Assembly: GCA_964035545.1 (NCBI GenBank)
Contig: OZ037768.1
Location: 4,806,741 to 4,870,740, forward strand
DNA from: Bugula neritina
Taxonomy: Eukaryota > Animalia > Bryozoa
DNA length: 64,000 nucleotides
Direction: 5' to 3'
Part shown: positions 13,801-27,781 of the stretch, piece by piece
Numbering within the stretch: position 1 is the first letter of the stretch
Layout: every line of letters begins with the position of its first letter
Notes under the pieces: generated by a model
Seen by the model: only the letters and a program-made list of their open reading frames with translations
Databases searched by the model: none
What the model was told of the DNA's origin: nothing
Translations under genes and position numbers: made by a program

Positions 13801-16800
13801 GTGCAGTAGAACTTTCTATAGAACTGTTAACATGCACCAACTATGTATACAGGGTGTAGTTGTGTGGCATTCCTATAGCTGTTGGCAAGAAATCAAAAAT
13901 GTTTTATATAACATTTTCATAAAAACATATAAAATGTTTGGCAAGTAAAGAGTAGATCACCAAAATGAGGGCCATTATTGTGAGTAAGAAATGATTATTA
14001 CATTTCAATAATTAGTGAAAAGCTTCTCAAAGAATTAAGGATCAATGCTGCATGAGATTCCATAAAATATTCCACTTGATTAAACTGGTGCAAAAATTAA
14101 ACTAAGATACATTGGGTGCAACGAAAGGGTAAAACTTGGAATGTTAAATTGTGAGAAGATGAACATATGCATGTGTTCAATCCTTGAGAAATTAATTCTT
14201 GCAGCTTTGATACTATCAGATTATTCTCTTTTAAAACAACTTGCCAGACCAAGGTGTGATTGCAGGGTGTTTTGTTTTATTACTGACTAGCATGACTTAC
14301 TAGGTAACTAAAGACTGGAGAACAGTACAGAGATAATAAAATAGAAGACAACTCACATCAGCCAATCACTTGCTTGGTAAGAAAAATATCAAAAAATATT
14401 AACAAAACTGCTCTGGGGACATTTCAGATGTTTTAAACAGTATTTTACTGTATTTAAAAATTGATGGACAACACTGAATACATTTATTGCTATTTTATGA
14501 ACCATTTATTATCATTCATGGGTAACAGTTTGTAGAAATAAAACAGATTTGAGATCCTGCCTAAAATGACTGTGAATTGGCTGCTAAATTAAATGTGACT
14601 CACTCTATCATAAGAATCTATCAAGCTACACCCAAAGATTCCACTCATGGTAGTAGAGCTGAAATTTTTATGGAAAATCAAAAAAGTTTTTGTAACGTCT
14701 TTATAATATTTAGGAACCTAACAGTTGAACTTACTTGTGGATTAGGAGATAACTCCGAAGTAGATGTGGTATTAGGTGCTAAGGCTATCAGAGTTGTCCC
14801 ACTTGAACTAGAAATCTCAGTTAGAGGCTGCATAGAAAAACTAACCAATCAACAAACTTAAAACAACCACCAGCTAATCAAATCCAAAAATAAATTTTAA
14901 TTTTTTGTCTGGCTATGGGATGAAATATGGAAAAACTGAAAAAATACTCTTTTTCACAAGTTGTCTATTAACATAAAATTGGTTTAAGCTGAAAACACAA
15001 ATATGCTTTGCAAGCTATTTATTATATTAGAAAAATTATAAAACAGCAAACAGCAAAATGCTACATTTATAAAGCACAAGGAGGCAGTGAGGTATGCTTT
15101 TTAGTGTGCAACTGTTTTAGAATCTTTAAATTAGAGACGACGTTTCACCTGAGTAGCTGGGGTCAGGGACACATTGTGCTTGCCTATTTGTCTCACAAGT
15201 GCCAACACTTTAGGGGGGTTACCAGAGGCCGTGCCTTGCGAAACAACTTGGAGAACATTTGCGGAGCCTAAAATATAATCAATCAGGCAATGAGCCTATA
15301 AGAAATGCTGGTACTTATTCCATGATTCGCCAGCTACTGTAGTATGATGGAGTTACTAACCCACCACTGCAAAAGCTTTATCAGCCTTAATTGAAGAACA
15401 AAAAATAGTAACAGAAAATATAACCAATTACAGCCCCAGGCTACAATATACAATAGCATTTTATTACGTAACTTTACACCAAGCCTAATTTATTCACATT
15501 CAAAATACTTCAGCCCATACTAAAAATAGAACACGTGGGCTAAAAGCTTAGTTAATATTGAAGAACGGTTCTCAAATTAAAATGAAGCCTATGCAAGGAG
15601 GATTTATTCTATAAAGGAATACCTCCAGTAACTTGTGAATCAGAAGGTGATATTATTGTCCCACCGTTAGTATTCATTGAAGGCAATCTTATAACTGACG
15701 GAGACAGTTGCTACAACACCAACACAATACGTATAGCCATATCGTAAATATCTTATTATTTTTATTAATATCATTAAATAATATTACATGATATTATTTT
15801 GCATAGAGTTTTTATGTGGCTGGAACATATCTTTCAAAAAGTTCTTGCAACATTTTAAAATCAGCATATTATATACAGCTTCAGTTACAACAATTGCTAC
15901 TAAATGGAAGTAATTTTGTATTATAAAGCAAAACGCAGCAATATGTGTTTTAAATGTTAGATTTAATAACATTTATATATCAGTATGTTGATCAAATACC
16001 AATTTTTCCACAGCCACATTTTTCCCGCTTAGTGTAATTACACTTGCATAATAGAGCAACTTCAAGACCCCATTTACTTCAAGAAAATATAATACAACTC
16101 ATAAGGTTATTTATAATTTCTAATGCATTGCCTCCAAGTGATATTCGTAAAAACAATGCCAAACCATACCCTTGGGTACTTTAAACCAACCCATCATAAT
16201 TACAGATCAATTTAGACTAGAAATAATATGATGGTCATCTATTTTTAATTTTAAGCGTAAAACCCTGATGTTAATTTTTTGTGAGTTCGTGGATTAATTG
16301 TTCAACATAATTTTAAAACATAGTGTTCAGAATAAATATTAATGTATACTAGAATGCCCGTTGAAGGAATAAGCAGTGACATGTAATGAATGACTCACTG
16401 ATGGAATATTAGCCTGAGATGTTAACTTTATTGTTTTCTGAGGCGGGCCAGCCGACAGGTAGGGTCTACAATCAGGAAAATATAATATATAAATATGGTT
16501 ACAGTGCAGCATGGGTGGAGCAGAGGAAAATGGCTTTAAGTAGCACCGAGTTGAACTGAGTAGATTGGTTCAGGGGTGGGAAAGGGAGTTCTATGTACAT
16601 ACAAATATTGTACTCAGTCACCTCCAACGCGGTGCTGCTTCTATCGATATCAGATCAGAGCAGCTGCAGCATACAATGTATTACATAACTTGAGACAGTA
16701 ATGAATAATACAATAACACAATTTACAGAGTAGTAGCAGAGAAAAACACTGTACAATAAACATTATTTCACACAGCAATCACACTGGTGAATTGTGATAA

Positions 16801-19800
16801 TGTCGAACAGGACACATTGCTATGATGCGCTAGTAACACATCAATGGTGCAGACAACTTCACAATGATTACATTCAAACATCAATCGCATTATTACTAGC
16901 AGTTGGTATGCTATAAGCTTGTAGACTAAATGCAACAGATATTATCTGAAATTTGCTTTATTATGAAAAAGTGAATACATGTAACCAAAATATCCATTAC
17001 TAACCAACATTCTTTTCTCACTGCTGGAAGGAAAGAATTCTGGAACTTGGCATCAGTATTGAATGTTTTCAAGTATGAAACATCACGAAGTTGAGAACAC
17101 AATGCCAAAATTCCATTTATTTATACAGATGCGTAGAACATAAAACTGCATACTTAGCTGAATATATGTAGTTCTATAATATGGCCATAAAACCTATTTT
17201 GAGTGTAGTGACTATCTGGAGGCTGTTGATAACAATGTCATGAAAATGCTGACATAATTCGTCTCAACAAGTTGAGCAAGTTTGGAACTATTAGACACAC
17301 GATGCTGTGTCATCAGTACAAATAATATGCTATTAGTGTTTCTATAGGTTGACCTTCACCCTTTTACCACACAATGCAATGCTGCAGTTACTATAACAAC
17401 ATAATTTAGTTTTGGTTCCAACTTTAGATAGTCTCTTCAACAATGTTATAATTATTTTGTTATTATGGCACAATAGCTCAGGTTTTAAATATTACAATAA
17501 CAACCATTCCTGCCAAGAGCACTTCGAAAAGGTGTTATCACAGAAAGTGCCAGCATCATTTTATTCAGATGACTCTAACCGCTACCAAAGTAAAATTTTT
17601 AGATGCCTGCACATATGAGTCATGAAATATGAGCAAGTTTGATACTGTAAGTTGTGAGATGCCACACCCACCAGTGAAATAAAGTCAGCTTAGACTAGTT
17701 AACTCTAAGATATCACACCAGCAAGCACATGCAGTATAGTGAATTAGTATTTAATAATAAACAATATACTCACTGTTTGGCTGTTGTTTCAATTGGAGGA
17801 ATGTCGTATCTTTGGATCTGCACAAGATAGGCTTCAGCCGTGGGAACAGAACCCCAACAAACCTTCAGCGAGGTTGGCTGGGCACACACTAGCTGTATCC
17901 GCGAAGGTGGATCCGGTTTAGCTACGTCGAAAACATGTAATATTAGGTAATTTGAATTTAATGAATTATTGATAACACAACATATATAATTCCGATCTTT
18001 AAAACAATGAAAAAAAAAGATATAAGATTCACATTTATCAAATTGATGACGAAGTTTACCTGTTTCAAGATACCACATGTCACCACAACACACTTGTCTG
18101 CCATTCAGTTTGTTATACCCATCCCTGCCAGACCAGATGTAAACCCTGGAGTTGACTGCAACTCCGCAATGTCCTGCTCTAGCTGAAGGACATTCATCCC
18201 TTTCATCTAACACAACCTTCTCCCAGCAGTTGGTCCCTTTAACAAGGCATACCTCGGTATTACAATATAGCATAATATTCCCTTATACATTATATATAAT
18301 ATATAATATATATGTATATATGTATGTGTGTATATATATAATTCTTTTAAATAAAATTAAAACAAAGGGCTATATTTATTTGTTTAGTCAACCATAAGCT
18401 TCAAGTTCACTGACTTTCACAGTCATTCCTTTCACTTCATTCTTACAACAATTTTGTTATTTTAAAGGGTTGCATTGGCTGTAACTGTTTATTTAAGGTA
18501 TGCCTACTTTATACTATGCTCAAGGAATTGCTTATCAGCTTCCAATATTCCAACTAGTTACCTCATCTAACTGCAATAATAAATTGCAACAGAATTTGTT
18601 AACATGATATAGAGATATACAAATAATGGAAATCCATTGAATTATAAGCCCACAATTCATAATATGAAGTTATCTTTCCATGTAATAGTCAAATAATTTA
18701 GCAATAAAACTGTGCACTAGAAACTTAATTTCGTGATTTTTAACCATTATTAAAAACAATGAATACCCGATATCTCATTGCCTGCCCTGTAAAACATGAA
18801 TACTAACAGGTATATGTGCCAGCTAGCTATATACAGTAAACTACTTACTGAGATTCAAACAAGCTGTGTCATTAGTAACACTCCACTGCTGACTATCTTT
18901 AATATGTATGTCCTTCGACGCTGACGTCCAGCCACCAAATATAAACAATCGGTCTGAGATCAAAGAAGCTGTATGAAGACTCCGGGCAGCGGGTGCTGCA
19001 CCTGTCAGCTTTGGCTGAACCCAAGAAAGCTCACTCCCTAAAGCAAAACACGGCAAAGTTTCGTTTTGACAAAAATCTTTGCAAGTCAAGGGCACACGAA
19101 TTAGAATCTCAGCACAATGGTTCTATAATACTAGATTAACATTTTTATAGCTATTGTTCCTTTCCTTTGTTTTACAATATCAACAGGAAATTTTATCTAA
19201 CATGATTTAAAGATAAAGGAACTTTTTGTAATACAATAACTTCCACCTTACCAAGTTTCAACATATGCAAGTCTCCTAACCTCCCTCCATTCATTCCACC
19301 AAATATAATGAGAAATGAGGAGTCGGTTTCGCTGTGTGTGTAAAGATTAGCAGAATGAGATTCTCTAGGCGAAGGTGGTACACCTGTGGCTTTTGGCTTC
19401 ACCCATAATGCAGAGGCGCTAAAGAACTGGGGACGCAACTCCAAAACATGTAAATCATTTAAATATCTATAAAATAAAGTTGACAATTTTGAGTTGTCTT
19501 TTCATGAAACTTGTTCACGAAAAGCAATGTTTTGTTATACAAAGTAGCAATGGGCAGGCAGTTGAAGTCCATTCTGCAGATTTAGACTATTTTTCTATCA
19601 ATTAATATGTAAGAAGCTTACAAAGGTTTGTTATTCTTCGGATCGTCAGTAGAGTTAGCTAAGCCTCCAAACATGTATACTTTTGACTCATGATAGGTGA
19701 AACTATGACCTAAATATCAAAATGCAAAAATTATCACTTGAATGAGCAAATTTTCTAGACTTCTGAACAAATAAAATGATTAAGGCAGGTGTTTTTAATT

Positions 19801-20769
19801 AAGTTTGAGGAAACATTACGCCACGTATGAAACATGATGCAAACCTATACGGGAACATGGCACATTCTCATAGTGCTGGGTTCTCCACTTCAGTCGTTTC
19901 CACTCCCATCGACTAGCTTGCAGCTCATACAAATCATTGGAGTATTTCCCAAATTCCTGCATGCCTCCGTATACTATAATCTTAGTGCCATCGCATACCA
20001 TGCCATGGCTGGCACATCCAGAAGGAATATCACCACGAATAGCAGGTACAAACCATTGTTGTGTGGCTGAAAACAGAGCATACCTCAAAATACTATGGAC
20101 ACAGAATATTATAGACACAGAATACTATTGACACAAAATACTATAGACACAGAATACTATAGACACAGAATACTATAGACACAGAATACTATAGACACAG
20201 AGTACTATAGACACAAAATACTATAGACACAGAGTACTATAGACACAGAATACTATAGACACAGAATACTATAGACACAGAATATTATAGACACAGAATA
20301 CTATAGACACAGAATACTATAGACACAGAATACTATAGACACAGAATACTATAGACACAGAATACTATAGACACAGAATATTATAGACACAGAATACTAT
20401 AGACACAGAATACTATAGACACAGAATACTATAGACAAAGAATACTATAGACACATAATACTATAGACATACAATTATGTTTAGTCTAATGCAACTAATG
20501 TCCCATACTAGAATTCTTGTTGCATACACTACAATGAAAAATATTTCATAAGCTCATTGCAAAATGCATTGCACAATGGTATAGAGAATAACATATAATT
20601 TACCTGTATTGAATACATGGAGATTGCTAAATATGCCATCATTTCCCCCACCAAACACAACTATTAGTCCTTTTATAGCGACAGCTCGATGGCCATGCCG
20701 AGGCTGTGGCATGGGCCCATCATACTCCGACACCTGATTCCAACGGAGACAAGGTGCTCCAGTAGACAT
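7877..20769 (-). CDS. HCFC1: Host cell factor (HCFC1/HCFC2 family): Kelch propeller, FN3, S/T-rich linker, C-terminal FN3; ~964 aa, ~19 coding exons
   Basis: Exons (minus): 20604-20769, 19845-20066, 19622-19709, 19252-19466, 18849-19037, 18060-18236, 17774-17921, 16000-16042 (weakest), 15623-15710, 15149-15267, 14735-14827, 13271-13460, 12938-13039, 10964-11424, 10304-10420, 9715-9855, 8501-8611, 8134-8326, 7877-7908. Phases are consistent (2895 nt). Motifs: [60 protein letters not shown]. Confidence 0.93.
8943..9054. mobile_element. Small inverted-repeat element (probable MITE) in an HCF intron
   Basis: 23-bp arms CCTGATCAGTGTGTTTTTATATG / CATATAAAAACACACTCATCAGG with 1 mismatch. Confidence 0.55.
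12706..12825. mobile_element. Small foldback MITE in an HCF intron
   Basis: ~32-bp arms TGTCAGACTACAGTTGAAACTGAGCTGTGAAC / GTTCACAGTTCAGTTTCAACTGCAGTCTGACA with 2 mismatches. Confidence 0.65.
20086..20470. repeat. 16-bp minisatellite (TACTATAGACACAGAA)n, ~24 copies, in HCF coding intron 1
   Basis: Directly visible tandem array ending ~20 nt from the exon-2 acceptor. Confidence 0.97.
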
Positions 20770-21249
20770 GCTGAATCACTCATTCAAACTAATCTACAAT
20801 AAATATAAATATATACAAACCCTGTATGCCCTAAATGATATAGCAGAACTTTTGTCAGCAAGTATAAATGAAGTATATTATATAAATACAAACTAACAAA
20901 GTTATATTTTTATAAAACCAGATATTGACTAATTATGTATTGCTCAAATCACATTGCAATAAATATTAGAAAGTAGTTCAACCTACTGGCATATATATAA
21001 TACAGAAAGAAGGCAGGAGAGGAACTTAAAACAGCAAGTGGGCTATACCTTGAAGCATATTTGCAATGTACAAGTACAAAACTAAAAGTTAGTTTTACTT
21101 TAACTTTTGCAACAACTTTAATAATTATAAATTATAATATTAATGATACTTGCAGTAATAGATTAATATTTACAGTGCGAGTTAGCGTAACTCTATTAGT
21201 ATTCCTATTAGTATTACCGTTAGTGCTAGTATTAGTAATGCTATAAACA

Positions 21250-21650
21250 TTATTATTGGTTGTATCACAGCTTTTAGCTAGTGTAACCTTCTACCATCAG
21301 CCTAGTTCCACTAGGCTGGGATGGATAGAACTTTTCTCAAGATGTGAGCTGATCCTAATAATAAATAAGGCTATCTGCTGAATCAGTAGATACTTATTTT
21401 CAGCTACTCCGAGTAATGCCACCCAGTCTACAGTCTTGTGTGAAGCTCCAAGGGCACCAATTACAATGGGGATGACTTTTGTTGATGTTTTCCAAAGGCG
21501 GGTTAACTTTTCCTATCTTCTCTGATTCTTTTTCTTTTACTCTGTAGTCACCAGGAACTGCGATATCAATTATTGTTGTTTCAACTACTACTATGAGTAT
21601 ATCAGGCCTCCTAGCTTCAATGACTCTGTGTATGTTGAAGTCCCACAATA
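21250..21650 (-). mobile_element. 5'-truncated non-LTR retrotransposon remnant with a restriction-like (REL) endonuclease (R4/Dong/NeSL-type)
   Basis: Translation WDFNIH..IEARRPDILIV..IIDIAVPGD....KE.EK, plus a frameshifted IPIVIGALG. This is the PD..D..KE.EK REL motif of R2-superfamily LINEs. It abuts a (TAA)n tract at 21650-21690. Confidence 0.8.
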
Positions 21651-23864
21651 TTATTATCATTATTATTATTATTATTAATTATTATTATAACTATCACTAA
21701 TAGTAATAGTAATACTAATAGTAATAGTAAAAGTAATAGTAATAATTATAATACTAGTACTAGTAATAATGTTCATCAATCCATCATTATGTCTCCTAGG
21801 CCAAGGAAAAGTCTTGCAGTTACAGTTAGTGTTACTCTTACTCTTTGAGTTTTAGTTTAATTTCAGCGTTACAAACTAAAAGTAAAACTAAAACTAAAAC
21901 TAAAAGTAAAAACACAGTTTTTCAACTCCTGAAAAGCAAAAAGAATAACAATAATGCTAAAGCATAGCACTAAATTTATTAGATACATTTTAAAAAGGTG
22001 TTTAATGTGGAATAGCAAGTTTCCTAATATGTTGTTAAACATAATCATAATCATAATGACAATCAAAATTTAAATCTGATCATAATAGTTTATCAGTTCG
22101 TCAACAGGCTCAGGTGTTTTAATTTTAGTGACTTAGAATACACGTAAAAAGAAGTTTGAGCACATGATTTTTAACTTTTTACCTACGTCCTATCTAATTT
22201 GATCTATTAATAATTTTGAACAACTTTGGAGCAAAGAGAAAGCAACTCTAATCAATAATTGTAGCATAAATATAATATCACGTTGAAGTCTATAGCCTCT
22301 ACTTCATGACACTATTTTATACTCTATTGTAAAACAATATAACTTTCTTTATACCCAACATAATATACAGCAATTACACTCATGCAAGCTTGCATAATTT
22401 AGATGCTCTAGAACAGCTTCATTCAGGTTAGACGTTTTTATATTGTTTATAAGGTCTATAAAGTTGTAATGCTGAATGCTAACTTTGACAGAATAGCTAG
22501 TAACCCCTCAATTTCTTTGCTTATTCCTTATGGGTTTTTAAAATAAAGCACTAATGAGTAATGCATTACAATTAGTATTGTGTATATTATAAATAGTTAT
22601 TAGCACGTAAAATTAAATGCTCCACCAATTTTATTTATAAAGATTTACAATAATATATTTATATAAATCAGTACGGTCACAGAAAATCAGCTAAAAACTA
22701 GTAACTATTATTTGTACCTAGTTCATGTAAAAACTGATTGGCTTCTGCAAAAGCAATTGAAGTTATATAGCATGCGTTAAATTAAAGGAGTGATAGTGAC
22801 AAAGATTTTCACATGCCTAATTTCCATAGCAGTTAGTACAATAAGTTGTTCTGTATAATTAGACTGGGTACTATTAATATGATTACATGTAGTGATAATG
22901 GGTTTGCATAATTGCATCAATAAGTCATCTACGGTATAAAGGAGGTGACCTGCTCATTCCAACAACATCTCTGCAAAATAACTGACTTATATATAATAAT
23001 ATAGAGATTATATAACTTATATAACTTCCTTCTTGTTTGTACAGCTTATATTTTATTATTTAATGCTGTGCAGCACAACTAATCACAATAATATACAGTC
23101 TAAAATTGAAATCTTATTAAGCTAGCTGCAAAATTTGCCTTTTAAACTTGCTTTCTACTTAGTACTGTTACTGCATTCAGATATAACAAACGCTATACGC
23201 CTCTAATTTTGTCTTATGACTACACAATTCCCACAAATACCAATGTAAATTATGTTACCAACTATGGCGCATTCATCACGTTAAACAAATTACTTTTAGC
23301 TATCTGCCAGATTTACATTACACTATATTTTATATTTTATTATATCAAGGAAGCTTCTTCACTCCTTTAAATTAAAACTTTTGCATGAGTATTCATTATA
23401 GTCACTGTTCTAGCTGCCCATCACCAGCTGTATCTAGGTAATTCTTCATCTATAATCATTTTTTTCACTAGCTCAGCGTGTATACATTAAAATATTGCAA
23501 ATATATAAAAAATTCAACTTGCCCTAATTAAATACATATTTTGCTATGCAAATTAAATATTTGAGTGCTTATTTGAGTACTTATGTTTTTCTTACTAGTT
23601 ATGTAAGACAGCAATATTCTTTAATGTTTTTTGAATATGCAAGATACCTCATACATGCACTGGATTAAAAATGATACATTTAGGAAACTAATAAAAACTA
23701 AAGTTATCAATTTTATTTCAATAAAAAAAGATACATGCAGCTGGTAATACTTATTTAGCTAAAAATAACAAAATAATAATTCTTGGATGCAATCACAGGC
23801 ATCATAAATGATTGGTTGGATAAGCCTACAACATATAACGAATCTGAGACCTGTTCAGGTTAGC

Positions 23865-24998
23865 TTATTCTCTCCTAGTATTAAGTTTTTCCATTGCTGA
23901 GTATATGTCTTCATTGACTTCTAAATCTACATCTGAGTTAGCATACGGTTCATTGTTACATGCGGTGTTTGATGTGCTTGTTTCATTTTGTCTAGAAGAG
24001 AAGTTGTGTCTGTTTACAGCTGATGAAGAGGAACTTTGTTTGAGGGGGGTTATCTTACCTTCCCAAACACAGCACCCATAGATACAAAATGCCATTGCTA
24101 TAACTATTACAATTGTCATGAATGATGGTGCTATCACTTCTGCAAAATATAAACATATGTACTTTGAAATATATAGGTACACACATATACAGTAAGCCTA
24201 TATTTTAAATGTATCTTAAAATAATTATATTCGCATTGGCCTATATAAACTATTTTAGATTTAAGACGTTCTTGTATTTCTATTTATAACTCAATTAGGC
24301 TACTCAACCGTCCTAAAGTGATTAATAAACTATAAACCTTGCCTGTGAAAGTCATGTTACCAAAAGTAGCATAACATTGCTTTCACACACTGTTTACTGC
24401 AGAAACCTATTTATTCTCCTAATCACATTACCTAATCAGTTAAATGCTGTGTCTGTATATCACATAGCCAGGACACTTATACAGTTTACATACACTGCCA
24501 CCATTAAAAATCTAGTTTGCTAACTCATTTATGCAAAAATGTTCATACCTGCACTTTATATAATGTAAAACAGCTTGTAATTTGGTAAATTTTCAAAGCA
24601 TTCAAAATTGGAGATTTCCTTCACATATACTATTACAATATGAAATTTTCTGTGTATCATTTGTACGTATATATTTGCGTTCTATTTTATCTTGAACCAA
24701 TAATGATATATTATATATTTTCTAATTCATACTTGGATAGACACATAAGTTGAAGCATGTACAACTTAAATACCTCTGGCATGGTTGACAGCATGCAGTA
24801 AATTAAAATTATTAAAATCCCTGATAACTTTATCATAAACATAGCCTCTCCAGTTATCTATTTTAGCTTGTAATGTATGAAAATCAATATGTGCTGATAC
24901 CAAAATAATTTTAAGATCTGATAACTTACATTGTCGCTAAAATAGCTTGTTTATCTCAACATATTACAGTGTTGCTTACCAAAGCTTCCTCCAAACAT
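23865..24998 (-). CDS. Uncharacterised 97-aa single-pass (type III) membrane protein with juxtamembrane cysteines and cytoplasmic Tyr motifs
   Basis: Exon 24980..24998 (MFGGSF+G, GTAAG donor) joins in phase 1 to exon 23865..24139 (EVIAPSFMTIVIVIAMAFCIYGCCVWEGK...EPYANS...DIYSAMEKLNTRRE*). A further upstream non-coding exon donor lies at ~26020. Confidence 0.6.
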
Positions 24999-27781
24999 TG
25001 CAACATATATATTTAGTAGTATTAGAAATATGCTTGTGCAGTTCTTAAGGTGTCAGCTTGTTTTATAGGCTGTCACTTCTTTCTGCATTGCGTACTCTGC
25101 AAACATGTTAATCAGCTTGATAACATAATTATGCTCTTTGCAGCACATTTTTATTTAAAATTTTATATAAAATAAAGACTATAGATTGGGTTTTTAGCAT
25201 GTAGAGATGTAGCATATTCAATGTGCTGCCTTCTTGGTTTGTTTTCTTTGAGTTTATCAAACAACTAAAGGCTGCCAGTAATTAAATTGGTAAATATAGT
25301 AAAATCATAGTAGAACCAGTAAAATTTAGTAAACATTTCAAACCGGTTTTGCAAAGCCGACTTTAATAAACAGCGATTGAACCGTAACCACACATGAGAC
25401 TAATAAATGTGATAATTAATATATCAAGTTTATAAAGCTAAATCTGTCAAAGTTACACATATAACAGCTAATTAGTTAAAGAGGAAATGAATCAGTGTAA
25501 TTTGATGCAGCAAGGCATTAATCATTTATATAAATTATTGATTAAAGTAACATAATATAAGAGATTTTGGCATCATGATTGCCTTGATATATTTTGTTCA
25601 GAAAATAATTTTTTATACATATTTCAAAGTTTTACCAGCAAAAACCATGCTGATATAGCCATCAAAAAGTTTCATATGATTTGTTTTAAATTATATATGA
25701 TTATTGTTATCTAGAACCATGTATATATGGGTTAAGAATATTAATCCCGTTTTAACTGTAAAGTATTTAAGTTTCTTATATTGTCTCTATTTGGTCATAA
25801 TATAATTTCAAATTTGATTTTGTTAATTAATTTCAAGTATTCAAACAATACATGTGCTCAGTAAAATGTTACCAACCAATGACTTTATACCAGCTCATCC
25901 AAAGTTTCGCATGATTAACCTGATTTTGATACACTATTGACGAAAATGCATTCAATTGCTATAAAACAACAAAGAGTACAAACTCTAGCTGTAAAATGTG
26001 AATAGAAGCAATAGCGACTTACTAGAATTTAGAAGTTCAGACCACTAAACAGATCGACCAAATCATCTACTGCCATTCAAGGTCATTCAAGTTCTACTGA
26101 CAGGCTTTAAAACAGCTACAGTCAAACTTTATTGCAAATCAATGAAGTGGCTTCTATAATCCTTGTGATGATGGTGACCAATCATCATTCGTACAACTGT
26201 AAAAAGTTAATTTTCCTGATATATATGCATATTTTGTTAAAATTAGTTTTCACATTTCAAATGCTATAATATGTAAGATGAAGGTTTGATTATGTGCGAA
26301 CAAACACAATTTCCAAAATACTGTATGCTTATCATTATAGCTCTGCACTGTAGGTTACTGCTCTATACAGCAACTTGACTAAAATAAAAATTTCTTTATA
26401 AGCCATAACCACATGTAATAAAGAAAATAATTACAGCAAAACCTGAATGATTTATCCTTAAATGTTCATGTAATTATTACCGTTTATGAATTAAGTGAAT
26501 GTATCGATGTATATTGTTATATTGTAATTTATAAACAGAGGCACACTATATAAGCTATAGTATGCCATCGTTCACTGATCAAAGTACATACATTGTAATA
26601 AAAAAATTTATTTTCGTTTTGTTTATTTTGTGAAACTTTAAATAGCAATAATAGTAAAGCTATTTATTTTAATCAAACTTGCTTGTTATATATAGCTAAA
26701 CCATAAATATTAAAGAGATGAAGAGTTGATGTAAACATAGCCCACCAGTTTTCAAAATATGAGTTGTGATAGCTTCTAAACACCCTGGTGAAATAACATC
26801 TATAGGGCAAAGGAAGTGTTTATTTTAATTTACCCACTAGCTAATCTCACTAAATTGACTCTATTCATATCTCTCCTCCACAGTAGTGGGGTAACTAACT
26901 GCAAGGGGTGAATGTAATATTGTGCTGGGTAAAGGGATAGAAGGGGGAAATACACCAAGCTTACACGATATTGGCTCACGGACGACGATGTACTTGAAAA
27001 AGAAAACAACTCTTTAATCGTAATGTTATTCGACAATTTGACAGGTAGTGCAAATTTAAACGAGTGTAGGTAATATTTCGATATGATATATTAATGTTTC
27101 AAATACAAGGTGCTTGCAACTAAATTTAACAAACAAAAAATGTGGGTTAATTAACAGCAAGTGGTACGCTGGGTTGAAGTAACTCACTAACTGCAAGGTG
27201 AAAGATGATAAACTATGTCAAGCACGATGGCTTTAGTTTAGTCTGCTGCATAGCTTTACTATCTACATGTACATTTAATAAAATTTTAGCTAGTTATGTT
27301 TTAGCTATATATTATTATTATGTTTATTGTAATAATCATAATCAATAATCATGCAATAATATTAATTAAATATAATATTATTATTATAAATATAATTATT
27401 AATAGATGATAATAATTTAAATTCATCAGCAAGAGTATCACTATCAGTATCAGTATGATCATGATCATGATGAGGATGATCATAATCAAGATATGCTATC
27501 AATAATTTTTGATAAATTGTAAAAAGCAAAGCTATCAGTTGGGTATTTATTTTGAAAGAAATTTATATTCACGCTGACGCAATAAAAAATAAAATTATTG
27601 AACCACAGTTTTCTTACCTCTAAGGAAGACGACCTTTTTTCAATTATTTTGTGTATACTAAAAATTATTTTATTTATTAAAAAGTCTACTGCTTTTAAAC
27701 AATTACTTGAATGAAATAGCATGTTACAATATATCTTTTGTGCAATCTTTTTGTCAGCTGTGCTTTTTCATTTCCAGCACC

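Noticed and set aside
15268-15622. HCF intron with donor GTATTCCTTT resembling a U12 donor
   Set aside because: It has an extra T relative to GTATCCTTT and no TCCTTAAC-type branch near the acceptor, so it is treated as U2-type.
19845-19865. HCF Kelch PCSRIGH looked like the tsBN67 P134S loss-of-function change
   Set aside because: By alignment to human GPPPCPRLGH, the Pro before Cys (P134 equivalent) is retained. The Ser replaces P136.
20086-20470. Regular repeat arrays (also 44011-44298 and 59232-59525) as possible CRISPR arrays
   Set aside because: Head-to-tail tandem units with no unique spacers, no cas genes, and a eukaryotic intron context.
26165-26220. C-box (GTGATGA) and D-box (CTGA) pair suggesting a snoRNA
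   Set aside because: Too short, with no terminal stem or recognisable rRNA guide.
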